Positions 25,151 through 39,354 of a stretch of DNA of 64,000 nucleotides are shown in pieces. The stretch covers positions 71,176,001 through 71,240,000 of the forward strand of contig OX597814.1 in assembly GCA_951406725.2 (NCBI GenBank), in the 5' to 3' direction. The stretch comes from Octopus vulgaris (taxonomy: Eukaryota). Every line of letters begins with the position of its first letter. Position 1 is the first letter of the stretch. Both the position numbers and the translations under genes were made by a program. The notes under the pieces were generated by a model, which was not told the origin of the DNA, made no database searches, and saw nothing but the letters and a program-made list of their open reading frames with translations.

Positions 25151-27288
25151 GAAGTAGAGTTTTAACTTTTTAAGCCTTTCCCAGTTGACCTTTTACAATG
25201 AGGCGACTTATTATGTGTAGCAGCATTAAATTGCTTCCAGTTCAGTCATTAATTTTGCATTATGTAGAGACCATAACTGGGAGCAATAATCTAGATGGCT
25301 ATGGGCAAATGTCTTCCTGAGGACCATCATGATTTCTTGCCCTTTTGTTCTGAACGTTCTTAAAATCTATCCGGCCAGCCGCCGAGCTGAGAAAATTGTT
25401 TGAAGAAAAATAAGGTGTATCAATGAAAATTGAGAAAAAGAGAAAAGCCTGTCACTGTTGAAAAACTTCATGGAGGTGAGCAAGTATAAAATCATAGATA
25501 AATGAGCAAAAGATTACAGATGCAAAGAGACAAAACTGCATTAAAACAAGACTATCGGGAAAAAAAGCTGCCGAAAGACAGAAACATTGGAATAGTTCAG
25601 ACAGGTCTGTAAAAAGACATGGCTGCCAGATCTAGGAATCTGAACTATAGTCGAACTAGGATAGAAAAATGCAAAGGCTGGAAATACTGAGACGGAGTTT
25701 GAAGAACTAGAAGTAAAGTTCAGACAAGCTCACTAGAATTAGAGTATGCTAAGATTCAAGATCCCTGACTTACATGATATTGAGGAATATATCAATGAAA
25801 AATCCAAAACGTACGTGTCATTATACTCAAAAATCAATTTTCTGCAGAACAGCTTCAGACACCACCAATATTTCAAGAATTTCATTGAGATTGTGAAAAT
25901 AAGAGACAATTAATTAATTTTATTGACACTTAAAAGCATGAAAAGCAGAGTCAATACCGTTGCAGACAGAATTTGATACAGGAAGTTATTTTCTTAGGAT
26001 TTATAACGATTCTGCTTTTTATCACGGAAATATCTGAATTCAAAACTGATACAATAAAATGACCACTTGGTGGAGTAATATTGTTGTGTAATCCCGTAAA
26101 AAAATTTCTAGTTTTTTTGTTTTGTTTTTATTTTTTTTATTCAGCGTGTCTTGTTTAATATACGTAAAGTGATTTATACATAAACTGATTGTAATGTGTT
26201 CCTACTCTCAAGTTATTCAACTATCAAACTTCATAATTAATCTGGGTCAATATCCGATGAAAGATTACCTCTATCAGAGGAAATATATGAAGAGCTATTG
26301 TATTATCAGACATAAAAATTCAGTGCAGAACTGTTACTCGCAGTTATATTGATTAAGTTTGTGAAAAAGAGGAAAATGAAGCATATTCTAAAACGTCCAT
26401 GCATCAATGAGTTTTGCCCGCAATCCATTTTAAAAAGGGTGTTTTTCAGAACTGCTGTTCGTATAGAGGAAAAAAATTAAGTGAATGTGATTTTTCTTCG
26501 TTTATTTATAATTTCAAAAGAATAAGTCAATAGCTTGTATTATTTTAATTGAATCATTCAGCGATGTTCAGGCATAAAATAATCGCTGTCTGACATATTC
26601 ATAGTAATAAATTGCTTGTAATGTCCATAAATAAATATTTAATGATTGGTGCAATGATAGTTATGATACAATAAAAACTCAATGAAACTGTTTTGAAATG
26701 AGAAAACGTAAGTTGATTGCCTTTCTGGAAATATCTGAGAAAAAGTTAACCTTCCAAGGATGCTGCTATGGTATGGTAACAATAAAAATTCCCTCTTTGC
26801 AAGTTTCCTGTGAAAATTGTTACTGGGGCTGCATCAGACACAGATTAAGTAGATAATAACTGAACATAACTAACACTCATACAAGCCTGTACGCAGTTGC
26901 TCAATCTGTAAGAGATAGCAGCCAAATCTTCTTCATATGTTTCGCAGCATAAGGATACAGTCCAAGATATATAATGTATGATAAATAATAACGAAATGGC
27001 CACGCTTTAAATGATTTTTTTATAAGTCTGTTATATCCAGAGCTAACGTACAGCTAAACAACAGCACAACAACTAATATTTTATCAATCATTCGAGATTT
27101 CAGAACTATAACTAATGTCTACACTTCCAACAAAGCTGGCTGCGATTTATAGAGAGAAGATTTGTTTTTGACGGGAATCAACGTCGGATTCTGTAAAATA
27201 GTGTTAGAAATCATGAAGCAATGAAGCTTAAAGAATATTATAACTGGGTGATTAATGTGGAAAGCTTGTTTCCAACACAACATTGTTG

Positions 27289-27367
<79 letters not shown>

Positions 27368-27463
27368 CAAATTTGTTGTTGAAAATGCACCTAAATTTGA
27401 AATTTAGATGCATTTTCAACAATGAATTTGCCTATATTTTTCCTGCGTGGAATACACCCCCTC

Positions 27464-27555
<92 letters not shown>

Positions 27556-27558
<3 letters not shown>

Positions 27559-27668
27559 GGAGAATTCACGAAAAAAACAAAAGACGAAGACAGGTGGTGT
27601 AGATAACAAACAGATGTATTAGTATAACATTCGGGAATTGAAAAAAGTATTTAACGTTTCGAGCCTAT
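27556..27668 (-). mobile_element. Short 3' fragment of the PLE family at 1938-2480
   Basis: Reverse complement of about 2000-2110; it ends inside HHR stem II (GGCTCGAAACGTT). Confidence 0.7.
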
Positions 27669-27679
27669 GTATATATATA

Positions 27680-29314
27680 CACTGGCGAAAATAAATTGAA
27701 GACCGATGATAAAAGTTCTATTTCTTACAAAATATTTTGTTACTAACACCATACAAATTATTTTTATCTTTTACACCTTATGCAGAATTTATTTCTCTTT
27801 CGAATGATGCAGACAAACTTCTTTTATTCCATTTGAAGAATTCTAATGCTAAATTTATATAAGCGTTTCAAATTTACCGGCAAAATTAGTTTAAGACCAT
27901 GTAATATGTATGCAAATTTTTGGGCCAAAATGGGGGGGTCACACAACTAACCTAACTGTATTATATAGTGTTATAATTTAACGTTATTATACAATTGATT
28001 AATAATGGAAAAACAACGTAACCTCAGTCCAGTTATGAGAGCAAAACTCGTTTTACTCCACCAACAAAGTTTCCTTTTTGAACATCAGCAAGCAACTAAA
28101 GTGCAGTAAAACGGCTTGCGTGCAAGCGTAGAATTTATACTCGGAGACTGGTCAATATAAAGATCGGTAAAGGACTGGCGCCTCAAAAAAAAACGACGGT
28201 GCAGTTGGACCGTCGAATCCACCGACTTTCGGAAGGCAACCGAATGCTGATAGCCGTTGACATTTCTAAACAATTATCCAATGAGAATGGTGTTATTTTT
28301 TCACCACAAACCGTCCACAACCGTTTGAGAGAATTTGGACTACATGGACGAATCGCTAGGAAAAAGCCAATAATATTCAAAAGAAATCGACTCAAACGCC
28401 TTAATTTCGCAAAAAGCCATGCTCAATGGACTGTCGAATATTGGTGCAGGGTCCTTTGGAGAGACGAGTCACGCTTCTATATACTTGGATCAGATGGTAA
28501 AACATACGTCAGACGTCGCCCAACCGAGGAATTCCATCCAAAATGCGTGAAAAAAACGGCGCAAGCGGGGAGTGGGAGTGTGATGGTGTGGGTGGCATTT
28601 AGTAGCTTTGATGTTGGCCCTCTAGTTAAAGTTGATGGAAAGCTAAATAGTGTAGGTTATATGAATCTACTAAAGGATAATATTGTGCCATACTTGACTC
28701 ACCAAATGCCTCTGGGGGCTATTTATCAGCAGGACAATAGTCCTGTGCACAAAGCTAAAAAGGTTATGGAATTTTTTTTATTACCATAATATTGACGTAA
28801 TCGACTGGCCTCCCCAGAGCCCGGACCTGAATCCGATCGAGAGCTTGAGGAATTATGTTTCCAAAAAAGTCCATGCTAAAAACCATCTAATCTAAAACAA
28901 TTATTCGATTATATCAATGAAATATGGCAAAACATTCCCATAGAATTTTGTAATCACTTAGCGAATTCAATGCCGAGGCGTTGTTCAGCCGTTATTAAGA
29001 ATAAAGGCTACGGCACAAAGTACTAATATGTATTTCGTTCTTGTTGCTCATTTTTGCTACAGTCTTAAGCTTTAAATAAAATTATAATGATAGGTCTTAA
29101 ACTAATTTTGCCGGTAAATTTGAAACGTTTATATTAATTTAGCATTAGAATTCTTCAAGTTGTATAAAAAATGGTTATTTTCTGCATCATTCGAAAGAGA
29201 AATAAATTCTGCATAAGGTGTAAAAGATATAAATAATTTGTATGGTATTAGTAACAAAATATTTTGTAAGAAATAGAACTTTTATCATCGGCCTTAAATT
29301 TATTTTCGCCAGTG
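27680..29314 (+). mobile_element. Tc1-family (DD34E) DNA transposon, full length, IR/DR-type TIRs
   Basis: TIRs of about 220 bp (27680-27898 / 29093-29314) starting CACTGGCGAAAATAAA; TA flanks; internal transposase. Confidence 0.95.
28005..29026 (+). pseudogene. Tc1 transposase, frameshifted
   Basis: ARKKP, VLWRDES, VMVW, YQQDNSPVH, WPPQSPDLNPIE, TKY-stop; frameshifts near the N-terminus, at the poly-T at about 28775 and at about 28880. Confidence 0.9.
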
Positions 29315-30589
29315 TATATATCTATGTATTTATGTATCTATGTATATTTCGTAGTCACCCTTTTCGCCAAAAGCTGGCCGATTAGGAATTCTAACGTGCA
29401 TAACTTAGTTATACAAGATTGCTGAAGGTTTTGAAATCACAAATCCAACTCGACTCCACGACTTATGATTTGCTATAGATATTAGATTAGCTTGACTGGA
29501 AGAAATCGTGAGTAAACGAATCCATAAAATATTCAGTGAAGAACTCTATATCGGTGGAAATTGAATAAATTCAAATACTAGCACGGAAGTTCTTACACTG
29601 AACTATAATTGAAATTATTCTGAGCAGAGCAATTGCTTTGAGCAATGTTTTTCTTTTTTTTCTTCTACTTTTTTATCATTTTTCATTTTTGTTGGGGTTT
29701 TTTTCTTTGACCAGAATTAGAAAGGAAAATATATTGAAAAAGGAAAGAAACTGAAGAACAAACTGAAACAAATAGAGTACTTGGGTAAAGAGGAATTGAT
29801 TAAATGAAAGGTAGACGGGAAAAATGAGTGAGGGATAGAAACAGAAATGAGAATTGGTGGCGGGAGGATGAGTTGCGTTCAGAAAGCCCAAAGCAGGCAT
29901 AATAAATGAAAGAATTTTTGGCAAGTCTGAGCAATGAGCAAATTTTGTAATATTTTCGCAATTAGTCAAATCAATATCAGCATAGCAACGGATGATGGTG
30001 GCATTGTGAGAATAAAAGAAGCAGGCATGATGATCAAGATCAGCGTTTGGGGCATAATTGTTAACCTTAATTGGTTTTCTGAAACTTCAAACCGTTCTAT
30101 AAACTGACTACTTTCTGCCTCATAAAACTGTAGACTAACACAGTTATGTAATTTACATCAGTTCTAGATTCAAAATTTGACATCGACACTAAATCTCTCT
30201 AAATTCATCTTTCTTTATATTTTCATCGATCGAAATTTCCATCACATCTACTTCACTAAATACACACGCCATTTTCTCTTTAACAATTGTTCTGCTTTTT
30301 ACCTTCTGGAGATATCACAGGTTATTTATTCTTTGACTTGATATTTAATCACTTTTGGTTCTTAGACGCATCCCCCACAACACACACACAAAAAAAAACA
30401 GAAGCCCCAATCTTTCAGCCACAGCAGAATAAATGTAATCGAACTTTTGTGTGTGTGCGTGTGTATGTTTATATCTCTATGTGAAAGGGAACGAGATAGA
30501 GAAGGGAGGCGAATTTTTGAACGAGCTTGTATAAATCATAAGTTTGCCTTTAACTCACAGACATTACACATATTACAGTTAAGAAAGCT

Positions 30590-32665
30590 CCTTCTCGAGT
30601 GGACCTTTAATCATTCTGGATGAAAATTAGGTACAAAAAGAGTGATCTCTACCTTAATGCATGGTGGCTAAATGCAGTAAGGACAGAATACTTGTACCAA
30701 CAGCCACAATGAATCATATGCTATTGACCTGGAAACTTGTACCATATCTGTAGGCAAACTGCATAATGGGAAGGAACCTGGAAGGAACCTAATAACTGGA
30801 TACTGTATAAGAGGTTGGCATTTTACAGGAAACCCCTAATATATATATTCAAAAGTACTATGGAAAAACCAATTTTTCCAAGATTATCATGAGTCCAGCG
30901 ACATAGAGACTGATGAATAGGCCGGTGGAAAGAAGAGAGTATGAGGTTTTGCCGAACAACTTTTTATAAACAAAGCTGCACTTCAAGTGAAAAAAAAAAA
31001 AAAACACCGCTGGAGCCATAGAACAGTATAGCTTGATTATAGGAAGGCATTTAACTCTATTCTCCACTCATGGCTGCTGAAGAGTCTCCATTTAGCAAAA
31101 GTGCCTGCTTTCTTAATTGCTGCCATTGAGAGGCTCACAATGTCCTGGGCAACAATTCTTACAATTAGAACTGAGAGCGGAACGATCATTACCAATGTTA
31201 TGATTACTTCAAAGGGAATATTCCAAGGAGATATACTTTCTGTACTTCTGTTCATTTTAGCATTAAATCCATTATCATTCCTGCTACAAAAATCAAATGG
31301 CTACATGCCAGGATTTGCAGCTCACCCATAATTTCTTTGTGTATGACCTCAAGATTTATGCTAAAAATGTTAACAATGCCAAAAAACTGCTGGAATTAAT
31401 AGCAACATTCTCAGCTGATATATGGATGGAACTTGACATATGAATGGAACTTGACATATGAATGGAACTAGTGCATCAATGGTCTCGCTATCTCTCCTGT
31501 CCCATACAAAGAATGCTACAAGTATCTAGACATTGATGGGAATATATCATACAAATGAATAAAGATAGCGTGACCCGAGAAAATTATGCCAGACTTTAAA
31601 AAATATGGCAGTCGAAACTCTCCTCTTACAAGACAATACTCCACAATGCATTAGCAGTACTAGTGCTGATTTCAATATTTAGAATGTTTGACTGGTTGAC
31701 CTATGCAACCCCAAACATATCTCAAAGAAGACCTAGAGATGAGACACACATCATACCAAAAACAAAAAAATGCATGGGTATGTTTCCCGAAGGCTTGAAG
31801 AGGACAATAATATTGGCATAAAGTGAAGCCTCGCTTGGGCTCGTGACCTCTATATTACATCTCACTTTGAAGGCTGTGCATTTGCAATCCAAGAACAGCA
31901 AATTGCTACTAAATGCTTCATTAACAAAAGAGACAGTGAAACCCTTGGAGTTCCAAGATGCAACCGAAAATATAGAGTATTTCATATTTCTATGTGAGAC
32001 ATCGCACATGTGATTAGCAACTGCCCAAAAATGTCATCAAGGTACTACTTCTCTACGCAACATGACGCTGTTGCAAAATACAATATACAATGCCATTCAG
32101 AAAAAAAATTGTCCTGGAATAAATATAGAAAACACCCCTGTTGTGATACATAAACAAACATCAACGCAAGGAATATTTGTGGAATATTCCAATCAAAACA
32201 ATTGTCAAGTGTAAGCATAACAGGCCGGATATTGTTGTCTGGGACGAGCAAGGAAAAGTATGTACAGTCATAGAGGCCAGCTGCCCACCAGTTGCAGATA
32301 TCTCTTTGAAAATCAAAACGAAAGAGGATAACTATGGACAACTGCTTCAAAAGCTTCAGTGTCTATATCTAGATTATAAATTCATATCCATACCAATAAT
32401 AATTGGTGCATTTGGTTTTGTGAGTAAATGCCTAACTGACAATCTGGATAAGCTTAGGTTTTCGGAAAAAGAAACCAACTACTAACTCGCACATCACAAG
32501 TACAATTTGTAAGTGGAACAGTAAAAATACGCAATACTTTTCTCAAGTTTAAAATGTAACTTTGTTTTAGCAATCTGCATTCCTGCGATGTAGCTTTGTA
32601 TGTTTGTTAGAAAACAGCTCCTTCTAAAGAAGAATTTAAATAATTAAAAACAGAAAAGAACATAA
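30590..32665 (+). mobile_element. Degenerate R4/Dong-like RLE LINE followed by (TACA)n
   Basis: KGIFQGDILSVLLFILALNPL; WNIPIKT..HNRPDIVVWD..IEASCP; IPIIIGAFG. Confidence 0.8.
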
Positions 32666-32781
32666 TACATACATACATACATACATACATACATACATAC
32701 ATACATACATACATACATACATGCATGCATGCATGCATGCCTGCATGCATACATACATACATACATACATACATACATACA

Positions 32782-32813
<32 letters not shown>

Positions 32814-32814
32814 A

Positions 32815-34586
32815 ACAGAAGTATCTCCCATTTTGTTTGTTCATGATATGAAACTCTGAAAGCTAAATATCGACCACATAAAGAAAATTGGATCTCATTA
32901 CCCAATTTCTACGGGCATTGGATTGAAATTTGGTGAGTCCAAATGTGCGTTTTTGGCCATGAAACATGGAAAAGTTGTACCTTCCTTTGAAAATCGAAGA
33001 ATGAACGGCTTGACCATGCAACATCTACAGTCAGGTGACAACTACAGGTATCATGGACAGGGTAAGAATGTCAGATATGATGGAACCATAAATAAGGAGA
33101 GGATCAGGAATGAATGCCTCAGGAGAGTAAAGAGTATATAATAATCTTTACTACCCACAAGGGGCTAAACACAGAGGGGACAAACAAAGACAGACTAACG
33201 GATTAACTCGATTACATCGACCCCAGTGCGTAACTGGTACTTAATTTATCGACCCCGAAAGGATGAAAGGCAAAGTCGACCTCGGCGGAATTTGAACTCA
33301 GAACGTAAAGGCAGACGAAATACGGCTACGCATTTCGCCCGACGTGCTAACGTTTCTGTCAGCTCGCCGCCTAGTAAAGAGCATATAGTCACCAGAACCC
33401 TCTGCTCATGAGAAGAATATTTCCCTCAACATATTGCAGTACCCGTCATCACGTATACGCTTGGTTTTCTGAACTATTCACTAGTCACTACAAGAACTCG
33501 GTGAGATAGATGTTAGAACGCACGCAAGGTTGGTGACCGTAGTCACAAATCTGTGTTGATGCCATATGAAGCACGGATTGTGACACTGAAGCAATATCTG
33601 CAGGAGAGGAAAGAGACCAGTAACTACCGAGTTTGTGATCATGAAATCAACAACATAATTAAGACAGGCATGAAATAAGAGCAGATAAGAGCTGATACAC
33701 ATCTTTCCCCAAGGAGCATTGATAAAATCTATTTAACAGAAAAAAATTTTATAAATGGACCAGATTACTGAGAAGATAGCGCATGAATACTTGGCACGTA
33801 AGACAATCAACCATAGAAGGAATTGATCGTGTCAAAAGTTTGATATAGAGTGCTGATATGTTTATGAAATCTCACTTCGAAGGCTACCTCCATGCAATTC
33901 AAGAACAAGAGATCCTCATTAAGTACCTACAGCATAAATGCAGAAAACATTGATTTTGTCTGTGCAAACATAGTCTGTGCAAAACCAAGACTGAAGACAT
34001 CAATCACATTATTGTCAATTGTGAGAGAATGTCTTTCAGTTATTATCTTCTCCCGAGGCATGATACAGTGGCCAGAACAGTTTGAAAAAGGGTAACAAAA
34101 AAAGAAAACACCGACTATTTTGAGACTGATAAGGCAAAAATAATATTGATAGAATTTAAAAACTTAAAACAGTCGCCAAGTTAAAACACAACTGGCCAGA
34201 TTTTGTTGTGTGGGCTACAAGGAAAAGATATGCTATGTTGTGGAAATCATATGCCCTCTGGACACCAATGTGAGAAAGCGGACACTTATGGACTATAGAT
34301 AAGGAGTTTGCAAATTGAATACCCAAGATACACTTTCAGCTTCATACCTATTATTATTGAAGCAACAGAGGGCGTGTGGGGCAAAGTATGACTCAAGTTG
34401 GGTTCTTGGGGAGAGAACACAAATCCATAATTTATACGCTACAAATGCTCACAATATCTGGGACTATAAAAATCTGCAATACTTTAAGATGTAAAGGATA
34501 ATGAACAAAACAAGATGCGTTCCTTTCCAACCTTGCTAACAGGCAGGTGCCCGTTCAAAATTTATTTTAAAGTAAAAAGAGAAAGA
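32815..34586 (+). mobile_element. Second degenerate R4/Dong-like RLE LINE between two (TACA)n arrays
   Basis: KFGESKCAFL; AIQEQEI-like segment; RHD; RLE remnants. Confidence 0.72.
33141..33372 (-). mobile_element. Well-preserved Octopus-type SINE with 15-bp TSD
   Basis: Head GGCGGCGAGCTG; B-box-like GAGTTCAAATTCC; TSD AGTAAAGAG(T/C)ATATA at 33126-33140 and 33373-33387. Confidence 0.9.
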
Positions 34587-34617
<31 letters not shown>

Positions 34618-34729
34618 CATACATACATACATACATACATACACACACACATACATACATACATACATACATACATACATACATACATACATACATACAT
34701 ACATACATACATACATACATACATACATA

Positions 34730-34832
34730 CCCTGTTGATGATGTTGAAATTCCAATGAAAGAGCTTTGGATCTAGGTTAGAAACCGGTTCTTCTTCTATT
34801 GGCAAGGAATCTTGAAATAAACTGAATATTGA
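34730..34832 (+). mobile_element. About 100-bp LINE 3' end embedded in (TACA)n
   Basis: The same sequence occurs reverse-complemented at 43943-44048 and partly at 44100-44152, always adjoining TACA repeats. Confidence 0.65.
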
Positions 34833-34889
34833 CATACATACATACTCCTTGTCACCCAAGAAAATATACATAAACACACACACACGTAT

Positions 34890-35110
34890 CTGTACTACGT
34901 GATTATAGTTTTTCAATTTGCTAACTACTTCAGTCTTAGCTAAAACGCTGAGTAGTCGTTCACTAAACAAATGTAAATTTATGAAAATGTATCCGAGTTT
35001 CCGTAAGAGCGAAATTTCCGATCATACCCCAAAATTAGTGATCATACCTTATAATTTACGAAAGCGCGAAATCCTGGAATCCGAGGTAGCCGTAACGCGT
35101 GATGCCTGAT
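34890..35110. mobile_element. Tigger-like terminal fragment
   Basis: AAGCGCGAAAT...AGGTAGC(C/T)GTA...ATGC(C/T)TG is shared with 18200-18253. Confidence 0.55.
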
Positions 35111-35595
35111 ACATATACAGTATTCTGAAAAGTATATTGTTAAAATAGTTGCAATTTCTGAACAAAACACTTTTTGAGGATTTGAACGTTCCAAGCAATG
35201 ACATTTGGCACCTAATGTCCATGTACCTATAGCTGGACTAGTTTCCTGGTTGCTGGACGCTTGTTGAACTAAACCCTTGTTTTAGTTATGTTCAGAAGTA
35301 GACGCATACTTTCATATACGTCAAAGTCAGTAATACTATGTAGTTCTTCCACTGAAATTGCACTGTGGCATCATCTGACTGCTGAAGTTCAATTGCCGAT
35401 GTTAAGCAGGTGCCTACAGGCTCATTAGACCGGGACTTAACCCGGTAAAAGGGGGCACGCTCTGTTAGGGTGTCCTCTTATGAAAGCGAGCACATTTTTT
35501 GTGAAGTGAAGTTCTACACTGGTGGGAAGGTGTATGAGATGAAGGCTAGCTCAAGAGAAGATGTGTAAGACTGAATGCATGAGGACGATCTAGAC

Positions 35596-35930
35596 CAAGG
35601 ATTCTCAACCATTTTTTACCTATGGATCCCTCTGATTACTATTTTATTCTGGTGGACCTCTAAAGACTTCAGATGTTTAAAAACTAGTTTTATAGAAACT
35701 TCTTACAAAATTCCTATTTAACTTGTGTAAGGTGAACTAAGTAAAATGTAAGAGAAAGAAACCTAGCTGTTTCTTGCAATACATACTAATACATACATCT
35801 AAAACGACATTTTTTCTGAAGCCCTTAAAATACTGTTGTGGATCCCCAACTTACTATTTTGTGCCGTGGATCCCAAAAATCGTATATGGACTCTCAATGG
35901 CCATATGGACCCCCGAGTTGAGAACCAATG
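35596..35930. mobile_element. hAT/Charlie-like MITE
   Basis: TIRs CAAGGATTCTCAAC / GTTGAGAACCAATG; imperfect 8-bp TSD ATCTAGAC/ATCTCGAA matching the Charlie NTCTAGAN preference. Confidence 0.75.
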
Positions 35931-36119
35931 ATCTCGAAGAAGAGCTGATTGCGCGGAGATGGGATCAAATTACAAATAAGGTTTCATGGAAACACTATTG
36001 TATATGTCTACTATCCAAATGAGGTAGGTCCGTGCTCATTTACAGTAACCTAGTTGTGGAGTCAACGTCAAACAATGCAATGAAGAGTTGGTCAGACATC
36101 AAGAGGAAAAGCTTAATCA

Positions 36120-36252
36120 AAACGGTTGTATGTCCTGATCGATTACCAGTGTTCAACTGGTATCTATATGAAGAAAAGCAATGTCGACCTCAACGGAATT
36201 TGAACACCGAGCATAAAGAGGGACGAAATGCCGCTAAGCATTTTTCCCGCCT
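36120..36252 (-). mobile_element. Degenerate SINE
   Basis: GTCGACCTCAACGGAATTTGAAC...GACGAAATGCCGCTAAGCATTT, homologous to 33141-33372. Confidence 0.65.
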
Positions 36253-36654
36253 TAAAAAGCTATTAATAATAGCATGTAAGATATTGGGTTGAAAAACCCA
36301 GATTTCCTGTTATGTCTACAGATGTTTCGAATACCACAGGCAGTCCTTCTACACGCACGCATGCACACATACACATGCATGTACATATGCAATTGTGTGT
36401 TTGTGTGTGCATTTATACATACATGTATGTATACACACACAAACACACACACACACACACATGCACACACACATATTGTTTTCAGTATTGTATGTTTTAT
36501 TTAAATTTTAATATTTAGTGTGTATTTATTTACAATTCTTAACTCGATTCCTTAAGTTATACGTCCATGTATAACTTCTGACCCACGTTTCTCTAGGCCC
36601 TTTCGTAATGCTCTCTCGATTTATTGTATCTCTTCGAGACCTTGTACCTAATGA

Positions 36655-36815
36655 AGGGCGGTAAGCTGTCAAAATCGCTAGATCATTAGAAAAAATGTCC
36701 TACTACATTTGTTCTGGCTCTTTGTATTCTGAGTTCAAATCCCAACGAGAGTAACTTCGCCTATCTTCATTTTGGGGGTTATAAACTGTTAGTCTTATGC
36801 CTTAATCAGAAGCCA
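36655..36815 (+). mobile_element. Degenerate SINE
   Basis: GGCGGTAAGCTG...TTCTGAGTTCAAATCCC. Confidence 0.55.
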
Positions 36816-36816
36816 T

Positions 36817-36852
<36 letters not shown>

Positions 36853-37734
36853 CACTACCACACACAAACACACACATATACATACATATTTACATCTATA
36901 TATATTATCCGAAATGTATAGTATTATATATCCATCACGGCACATCTTACCAATCTGTTTTGCGCAAGGAATACAATGGAATGGTAGGTAACAATCCGAT
37001 TATATAACCTTACGTTCATTAAAGTCAGCCGATATGGAAAACAATATGGCGACTGCTCTCTATTATCGGAGGTGGATTAACACAACCGGCGTGCAGCAGC
37101 TGTGAAAAAGGTGGTGAAACGAAAGAGGGCCAGGGGAATTAGGTTAGAAATTATGCCCCTTGGTTGGGTGAACTGTGAGGCCGGTAAGAGTTATCTTGAA
37201 GTGTTTGTGGCGAAAATGTGCTTTATTATGTGTGATGCTCTTGTGGGGATGGGATGTTTGATATGTGTAGTAATGCCATATGCATAATTTTTCTGGGGGG
37301 TGTTCGTTGGTCTGTTTACTTTCTATAATGTTTAAGATCATGGGGGGGGGGTTATGTTAGTGTGTGGTGTGTAATGTGTGTATGCGGTTGTCTATATATG
37401 TTGTGTGGGGGTACAATGTGTGTGAAGGGGTATATGTTGGGGGTGGAAAGAAGTCTATTTGTTGGGGTACCCGCCTTATAGAGGTGTGCGTGTGTGTGTA
37501 TATGGGTGCATTGGTGTGTGCTTTGGTCAAACTCTTTGCCAGGCCCGAGGGCATTGGCGGGAGGTCGAGGCTGGGGACCTGTGGTTGCAGTCATGGTGGG
37601 GCGCGCAAGCCCGATAGGATGTACTACCTTTTATGTGGGCAAGGATTACACACCTCACTCCGGCTATTCAGGTAAACATCCGGGTGTTGGGCACCCCACC
37701 CTTTACAACTGCTTTCTTCTTAGCCAGGATGTTG

Positions 37735-37957
37735 TCTCAGTTTTAGACGCAGCAAATGATTTTAGCTCAATAGAGGCCATTGATTGGTTAAAATTTGAAA
37801 AATTAAACTACGTTAAACTTACAAATTACAATTTTCTCAAGAAAGCCAAGAGAAAAAAATGTTTTATTTTGACACATTCTACTAGTATATGAAGTTTAAA
37901 AGTGTTTAGTTAACTAGAAATTGTGTTGTCATGTGCCGTTCAAAAGGAAAAGATCCT
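37735..37957. mobile_element. Partial relative of the MITE at 45518-46013
   Basis: AAAGCCAAGAGAAAAAAATGTTTT...TGCCGTTCAAAAGGAAAAGATCC terminus. Confidence 0.7.
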
Positions 37958-38200
37958 TATGGCACTCTCTAGCACTCTCTTTCAAAGACCAAACGTGTTT
38001 GGCTAGCGTTGTGGTTTTACGTCTCTCCGGGATGTTGAAGGAGGACTTGTGATTGTTAAAGCGGATTTTGAAGGAGCCTTCCGTTGCTACCACATGCTTC
38101 CACACTCTAGGTTGTCCATTGGACCCTATGGCTGCTATCACTGCCTCATATACAACTGTCTTCGTGATGCAGTGGCAGTTTAGTGGACAAACTGTGTTAC
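37958..38200 (-). pseudogene. PLE GIY-YIG endonuclease fragment
   Basis: CPLNCHC..VVYEA..TEGSFKIRFNNHKSSF..TTLAKHVWSLK. Confidence 0.7.
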
Positions 38201-38269
<69 letters not shown>

Positions 38270-38823
38270 CGAATGTATGTATGTATGTATGTACACGTGG
38301 AAATAGGAGAAAAGAGGTGGAATAACAATATATGAGCTGATGCACTTGAGACATTCATACGTTTATGAATGTGCCCCGATCATGCGACATCATATTTGTA
38401 AATTATTTCTTCTCCCTAGATAAATCGAGTATTGAGCGGTTATTTCTGTAAATACAATGTGTAATAGGGGAGCCTGCAGTCAATTAATATTTGTAAACGT
38501 GTGCATGCACAGAGGACGAAGATGCATATAAGAACGCCTCCAATTCAAGTTACAGAACGCTACTAAAAACAACCAAATACTAACATAACAATTATTTTAA
38601 CGTTTCAATCTTCTGTTATTATTGATCGAAGATGGATAAGTTCCTGGAGCGAGGTAAAAATAATAAAATTGCCGCTAGAGGATAGGAACATTAATTATCA
38701 AACAACATGTCTTTCTATACAGAAACTGATTGATCTTCCTCTATCTGTCGACTCGTTTAATAAGTGTACCACTATCAAAAGTATCAAATAGCTCCGCTTA
38801 TAATTCACTCTCTTTCCCGCCCC

Positions 38824-38859
<36 letters not shown>

Positions 38860-39062
38860 GTTTTATGTGTATACCCACACGCGTGTTCACATACATATAT
38901 GTATTTATGTATTTATGTATGTATGTATACTTCATAACGTGAGGAAGAGAGTATGCATCTCTGTATGCGCGGCGCGTCTAATACGCACCGTTTCCGAGAT
39001 GTATCAAATATCTCTCGTTAAACTTCTGAGTACTTCTCTCTCTCTCTTCTTTCTCTCTCGTC

Positions 39063-39122
<60 letters not shown>

Positions 39123-39354
39123 GTGTGTGTGTGTGTGTGTATAATATTTTTAGTGTTTTGTTTTCGCGTTTTTTATTAGTTTCTTTAAAGTTTGTTTGGA
39201 ACAATAGACTTCCTTCTTTCATATTCTTGGAATTCCATTGTTCAAACCAACTGAAAAAAAGAAAGAAGTATGAAAAATGTTGAATAAAAAAGATGAAACA
39301 TCAACATAGTTGTGTATCTAATGAAACATACATAAAGAAAACCTGTGTGTGTAT

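Noticed and set aside
25150-25900. Purine-rich, coding-like stretch as a possible host exon
   Set aside because: No ORF of 60 aa or more, and no recognisable motif or splice structure; probably a decayed TE.
33290-33372. tRNA-like A/B boxes
   Set aside because: This is a SINE head with a TSD and multiple decayed copies; no cloverleaf.
37008-37071. Possible HHR on the minus strand (CCU-CCGAUAA...GAA-CGUA-AGG)
   Set aside because: Three core deviations; plausible as a fossil at the 3' side of the PLE fragment but not supportable as a feature.
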